A DNA stretch of 55,616 nucleotides from Octopus bimaculoides (taxonomy: Eukaryota). Position numbers and translations under genes: made by a program. The notes below the pieces were generated by a model. It was not told the origin of the DNA, did no database searches, and was given only the letters and a program-made list of their open reading frames with translations. Positions 49,620-55,616 of the stretch are shown one piece after another. The DNA lies in the NCBI RefSeq assembly GCF_001194135.2, contig NC_068986.1, positions 1,740,014 to 1,795,629 of the forward strand, in the 5' to 3' direction. Position 1 is the stretch's first letter, and each line of letters begins with the position of its first letter.

Positions 49620-50012
49620 GATACCTATCACAGCAGCCTTTAAATGTGTCGTAACTGGCACACGTCTCGAAAATAAATCCGAATGAAAGATACTAAGGAA
49701 ATAAGAACGACGTCATTATTCTCTATCGCAAGGGACGTAGCGAATATTATTTATCTATTTAGATCAATTGACTATTTTACCAACATCAAATTAAATTAGA
49801 GTCAATCATTAAGCTATTATCGTCTTTTTGTGAAGTTAGCACGGAAAAGGCTAGGCTTTGCTGAGGAAATATAACACGACCAAAATATGTCCTGAATTGT
49901 CTCCTCTGTACTTTCCAAGATCAGATTAAATTAGTCATCGAGTTTAATGTTTTCTTCTCATGGCATAATTATTATCAATTAACTGCTATCTATCTATCTA
50001 TCTATCTATCTA

Positions 50013-50102
<90 letters not shown>

Positions 50103-50111
50103 TATTTATAT

Positions 50112-50310
50112 AGGGAGTTCGAATAAGAAAAACGACAAAAAAACAACAAAAAACAACAACGCGAGGACGTGATACAGATATTGTGTTACTGGACGCTCAG
50201 GAAAGGAAAGAAAGAGAATTTGACATTTCGAGCGAAGCTCTTCGTCGGAAATATAGGAAAGTCCAAAGAAGGGAAGACGGAGGAAGAAAAAATCGCCAAC
50301 GATATACACG
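50112..50310 (-). mobile_element. Short element with a near-canonical minimal hammerhead motif (subfamily B)
   Basis: Minus 50251-50219: TTT CCGACGA A GAGC ttc GCTC GAAA T GTC AAA; 3' end abuts TA-rich microsatellite. A partial homologue lies at 40846-40930. Confidence 0.75.
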
Positions 50311-50699
50311 AGGTTATACATAGATAATTCTTCTTTTAAATCTGATATTTTGTATTTCATCCTCAAACTAATATATTTAATATATTTGATGTATCTAATT
50401 TGTCTATCCGCATAATTGCATCCATGTATGTACGTATGTATGTGTGTATGTATGTATGTATGTATGTATGTATGTATGTATGTATGTATGTATGTATGCA
50501 TGCATGTATGTATGTGCATATGTATGTTCGCAACTTTGCATGTTTTGTATGATATTACAGGATTTTTAGAACAATTTAGGCTCGAAAATAAAGGCGTATC
50601 CTATACATAGCATCATGTTATTTATTTATTGCTATAATATATCATAGTAGGTTATCACTGTATTATAATATCGACCAGACTATCGGATTTTGTTATACA

Positions 50700-50957
50700 C
50701 TGCTGATCACAATGCACTTCCTCGCATTATTGTAGTTTTCGAATGATGCCACCCCACTGGCTAGGTAGGTTGGCCAACATCCCCTCTGAACGGAACGCCG
50801 GTTTGTCGTAGGGTCATCCATTTGCAATCGAATGGAATGGGAAAACGCGAAATGAAGTAATTTGCTCAAGGACTTTACGCACCTTCGATCTGGAAATCGA
50901 AATTACGATTTTGCGATCGTATGTGCAGCATCCTAATCACTAGGCCACACATCTTCA
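50700..50957 (-). mobile_element. tRNA-derived SINE with a related core
   Basis: Minus head GTGAAGATGTGTGGCCTAGTGATTAGG...TTCGATTTCC, then CCCTTGAGCAAATTACTTCATTTC. Confidence 0.7.
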
Positions 50958-51224
50958 CATCATATATATGTTGCGCGCGCGCGCAGTCACATGACTGAAT
51001 CTAGTAAAAAGAAATATTAAATCTTGTTATTATTTCCCAAATCATGCAAACAGAAACTATTTCGTTAATCTTATTTTAATCTACTTCGTAAATCGGTTCA
51101 TATCGGTTTTCTGCTTTAGAAATGATATAATTATTGTTAACGCTGTCTCATAACTCAAGTCTCGGTCTTCAGAATCGCTTGTACCGCTGTCATGACAACG
51201 ACTCCGTTAATTCTCTTTCAATAA

Positions 51225-51540
51225 TTCATCCATCCGTTCTTTGAAGGGTGGCGGAGGTCGAGTCCTCAGACATTCCTCCAAAGGATCCTTCAAAGAATAA
51301 CCGTCATTAGACTTTCCGGTTGGATTCTCAAACGCAATCAACAGAGACTTTGTATATTATCCAAACATTTCGTTCTCGAACAACCCCTAAGCCCGCTGTC
51401 AATTGGCTCGGCTTGAAGAATCTGTCTTGTAATTCTTTCCTGCGACATTCTCATTACATGTCCGAAGTATCAGAGCTGTGACCTTTCAATACGGAAAAGT
51501 AGCGGCTCGACTGGGAGAAAGACTCCTTGGTCTCCGAGGT
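51225..51540 (-). mobile_element. 3' fragment of a second RTE-clade LINE (Expander/Rex3-like C-terminus)
   Basis: Minus translation from 51511: VEPLLFRIERSQL*YFGHVMRMSQERITRQILQAEP...RG.SRTKCLDNIQSLC*LRLRIQPESL, followed by a GGATGGATG tail. Confidence 0.8.
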
Positions 51541-51589
51541 ACGTACATTGAATTAATGTTAATCTAGATATCCATACGGAGGAACCCCC

Positions 51590-51622
<33 letters not shown>

Positions 51623-53189
51623 ATATATATCCAGACCTATTCCTCATTTTTTTCTTCTTATGAGGTGGTAACCACAACAAGACACACTTGGCATTCCATT
51701 CATTTTCCAGTTCAATTTGAATGTTTAATGTTTCATTTTTATATAAAATATATTGATACATTAAAAAAAACAACTTATGTACAAAGTAACGCTTTAGTGC
51801 ATTTTGTTTCCTTAATAAAATTAGGAAGTGGGAAAATGTTTCAACCAAATATTATGTGCCATATGCACTCCAAATTTGGTTTTGGTGGGTGGTGGGCCGG
51901 GAAAATGTGCATTACGAGAGTTTTACGCTAACTTAACAATAGCGAAATTGCAATACGTAGTTAACGTCCTAAATTATCTTCATCAGTGAACATAATTAAT
52001 ATTGCAGGTACGATTTGGTCTATTTACTAGAGCTGGTTCACTCTCTATCTTTTTGAAATGCTAAATAATTAAAGAATCTGGACAGTGACTGTCTGGTATT
52101 TATTTATTTATTTATTTATTTATTTATATCACAATTGGTGAACGAAGATATTGGTGTCTGCAACTCGATATACAACAAATGTTTCAAAAGATTTTGTTTG
52201 TAAAACATTGTTTTACAATATTGTCATCGGTGTCTATATCTTCCGGGATGATGTATATGGGTAAACGGTACACAGACACATAAACGTGCTCACATACATA
52301 CATACATACATACATACATACATGCATACATACATACATACATACTCTCTCTCACACACACGCACACACATACACGCACGCACGCACACGCACAATATAA
52401 TAAACTTCGCTGATTTGTACGGAACTGGGCTGGCTTAAATTAATGATACAAAACGGCATTAGATTAAAATAACGGTGTGTATAAATCAAGGATTGTTTGT
52501 TCGCTGATTTCTATACTGGAACTAAAATTTCAAAATTATCTTCACTGATGTCCGTTAATGAAGAGGCCTTATCAAACCAAAACACCAGTGTTTGATGATC
52601 TGCTGGCATAATTTTGAACGAGTTCTGAGTTTTTAACATACGAAGAGTCATAAGAGAGTTTCTCTGAGACAAAAATATTACAGTTTGTACGCCGTTCTCT
52701 GCTTACACACAATTATAAATGTTATAAACATCGTTACTTTAATCTAATGCTATTTCAAGTGCATATGTTGATTTGATTTAATCCTAGTTAGCTTCCACAC
52801 AAATCCGTAAAAGTTTTGTCTGATGATTTCTCTATTGGAACCATTTGCTCAAAATGTTCGCGAATGTTCGTCACCAAGGTCAGCTTATTGGTAGTCTTAG
52901 AAGAGCCTGGCATGAGTTCGTCTTGATCAATCATCTGAAGAAGACTAAAGAGCTGGATCATGGTGATGAACACTCTCCTATCATTTCCATCAACTAAGTC
53001 TCTCTGAATCAACACGACCAACCAATCCTAATTTACTATAAATAGAGGAATCAAAAGTAAAGTTCAAAATCTCGCAATAAACTTGATGAAGGGCAAAAGC
53101 AAATCCAGACGAAACTGCTTCGTCGTTTTGTCTGCTAGAAGTAACATTAAAATGATCTCGAAACACAGAGTATCAAAGTATCATTATGT

Positions 53190-53320
53190 ACACATTAGTC
53201 GGAGTGATGTCCTCATCTTGGTTCTTGCTTTTCACTACGTTTGATGTGTATGCTCTAGCCTTCTTCGGGTGTCTTGTGATTCACCTTAGTGCCTTGCTCG
53301 AGATTGAACTCTGAACCGGC
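53190..53320 (-). mobile_element. Decayed PLE pLTR-like tail with a hammerhead remnant
   Basis: Minus 53271-53233: CAC CCGAAGA AGGC...ATC AAAC GTA GTG (CAC/GTG helix I, ACGT palindrome; helix II damaged). Confidence 0.5.
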
Positions 53321-55616
53321 TCCTTACAGATTGGATAATACAATTCTCTATTTCTGAGATGAGGAATTTATATTATGTGCACTGTTTACATTAGCTGGAG
53401 TGGTGAAGTATAGTACTGTACAGACTACCATCTTCAAAAAAGGAAACAATGTATAATGTAATCACACAGTATTTAGAACAAAGTTTAAAGGGATGGCCAC
53501 GGTTAAAGTCTAACATTGCTCAATAAGGACTAGTCTGGGGTTAAACTTCATCAACTCGTACATATATTTCGAACAATCGAGTTGCATTCATTTGTCGACT
53601 GCTTTCAGAGTCAATTTAACTGGTTGGCTTAATCTGTCACCAGATTAAGTAGAAACCTATGTGGTCTTCACATAATTCGCTCGCTGAAACAATGTAATTA
53701 CAATAAGACAAGTCTGTCTTAGTGCAGCCTGGCGTAAACAGACTTATTCACACATGCATGTTCTCTCTGTGTATGCGTAAGGGATTAAGTACGATGCTCA
53801 TATAATATAAATGTACTTAACATAATGAATATAGATTTAATAAATATATTCTTGCTTTGCTGCTCTTAGATTCAAGAGCACCAAGGGTGTTAAAGTATCT
53901 GTCGTTAGAGAGAAGGTGATATCTCACCGGCGTTGACCCTCAACTAACATATACGTTATAGCTACAAAGGATATATTCCTTACTTGGAGCATTCTGAGGA
54001 AGCATTTAGATGACATTTTTTTAAATAACATGATTTATGGTAAGAGAGAGATCACTTGGGAATAAACTTAAAGGAGTTCAGTCTCTTGTAGTGAAATTAA
54101 ATTCAGTCCTCTGATATTAAATAACAATGTTTCAATTCCAGGATAAAGCAATAATAATTGGACAATAAAAAGTTGAAAGATATGGAAACGGTTGGAAAAG
54201 TTACAAGTAGAAGTAAAATAAAGAAAAACGCATATTAAAGAATTCTGCATCCATTTCATTGCTGCTCAAACCCGCTTGAATACAATATCAAATTCAAGAA
54301 ACTGTGTCCAGTTACTTAATATGAACTTCTCAGTATGTTTACATTTACCGAATGTTTCTGATTTAGCATTTAAATAGGTTTTCGAATATGTGTTTCTTTT
54401 CCTTACTTCTTTTTTTTTTTTACTTTTTTCTATCCTTCCTTTATCTTTCAATTTTCTTTCATTCTTATTTTCACTCAAATTTTCCTTTTCTTTTATTAAC
54501 TCGGTATTTGCGTGAAACCAGACGAGACGAATTTTTTAAAAAAAGCAGTTACAAATCTAAAAAGCCTGCAGAAATTTCCAACTGTCGGCACGAAACAGGA
54601 AAATACAGCACAATACAGCTCTACGACATCATGTGTTCAAATCACGAATAAATATTAATGATTACGTATGCATAAGATCGCAAATCAATAAATGAGGTCT
54701 TCTCTGATTAAGACGGTCTATGATCAAATACATACCAACTGTAAACATCCAATTGTTTATTAAAAAATGGTGCATCCATATTTACATTATCTCAAGTGTC
54801 CTTTACATTATATGATGGCAGAGTGTGATTTGAGAGTAATTTGGCCATACTTCAAGTGGGTCGAACGGAGACTACTTCATTGCTGTAGTAATGAGCAGTT
54901 GTTTTCTTTTTTTAATTTTAATCATCTACAACTGTGCGTATCTCTTTTCACAACAGCTGAATAGTCTCAAAATTATCCAGCAGTCCTAAAAAGTTAGCAT
55001 AAAGTAAACATACGCATATTTTCGTTACATCTTTATATTCGAAATTTATTCTTTCCATTGATTTATTTCGATTAGACCAGTGCCTCTCAAAGTAGGTTGT
55101 ACTGCTCCCTGAAGGGCGGGGTGTGTGGATTTTTTATATGAATACTGGTGGAGGGGAACAAAGAGCGCGGTAGGGCAAGAGATGCATCTGTGCATATTTT
55201 TTTCTTGTCTTTGTTTCCTATTTAAATATTGATCTAAAACTTTTAGGGAAATGTTATGATGGAGGAATTTCAACCATGTTTCGTGGTCTGCTACCACAAC
55301 AGCTCCTTTATAGGATCCAGTTAGCTCAAGACATCATCAGGAGGAACCACATCCAGTTTCGGCCCCTACTCCTCTACCGTTTTGACGTGGCGCCCCCCCC
55401 CCTTTCGGAGGTGTCCTCAGCTCTGGTGTTGGGTGCATGTCTTCTTTCTTCTATTCCCTGGCCTCTTCGATGCAGCATCAACGAGTGTCAGCGTCCGACT
55501 TATTGTCATGTCAAATTCCCCTTTTTATACCTGCTGCTAGGCTCCAGCAGGCTGCCACAGCAAGTTGTCATGTGACACTGTCTAAATTTCCCACTGCTAG
55601 AGTCCAGTAGGCAGCA

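Noticed and set aside
52560-53050. 77-aa minus ORF, possible mariner remnant
   Set aside because: No recognisable transposase motifs in any frame I translated.
55070-55616. hAT-like terminus (CAGTGCCTCTCAAAG) and a GC-rich segment with a 99-aa ORF, possible LINE remnant
   Set aside because: No matching second terminus, only a 5-residue LLWQP resemblance, and truncation by the window edge.

Overview
Animal genomic DNA from a gapped assembly (five N gaps). It is AT-rich and dense in microsatellites. The repeat families look like octopus (coleoid cephalopod); this is recognition from memory, not a database result. I find no complete protein-coding gene, rRNA, true tRNA or CRISPR array. Almost all ORF-track entries are microsatellite or repeat translations. 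What is supportable: (1) many tRNA-derived SINEs, RTE LINE 3' ends, three decayed Penelope-like (PLE) RT/GIY-YIG fossils and several MITEs; (2) a probable minus-strand transcription unit starting near 46.9 kb (TATA/Inr-like core, 5' exons, a 114-nt exon with a possible start MMGYIHLSCQ), whose body runs leftwards over a CpG-depleted region; (3) short elements carrying minimal hammerhead-ribozyme-like motifs whose 3' ends abut (TA)n/(CA)n tracts; (4) an unidentified, highly structured ~361-nt unit in tandem-plus-inverted arrangement around the 14.8-15.4 kb gap; (5) several closely spaced inverted repeat pairs. Boundaries of decayed repeats are approximate, and all folds and alignments were done by eye.
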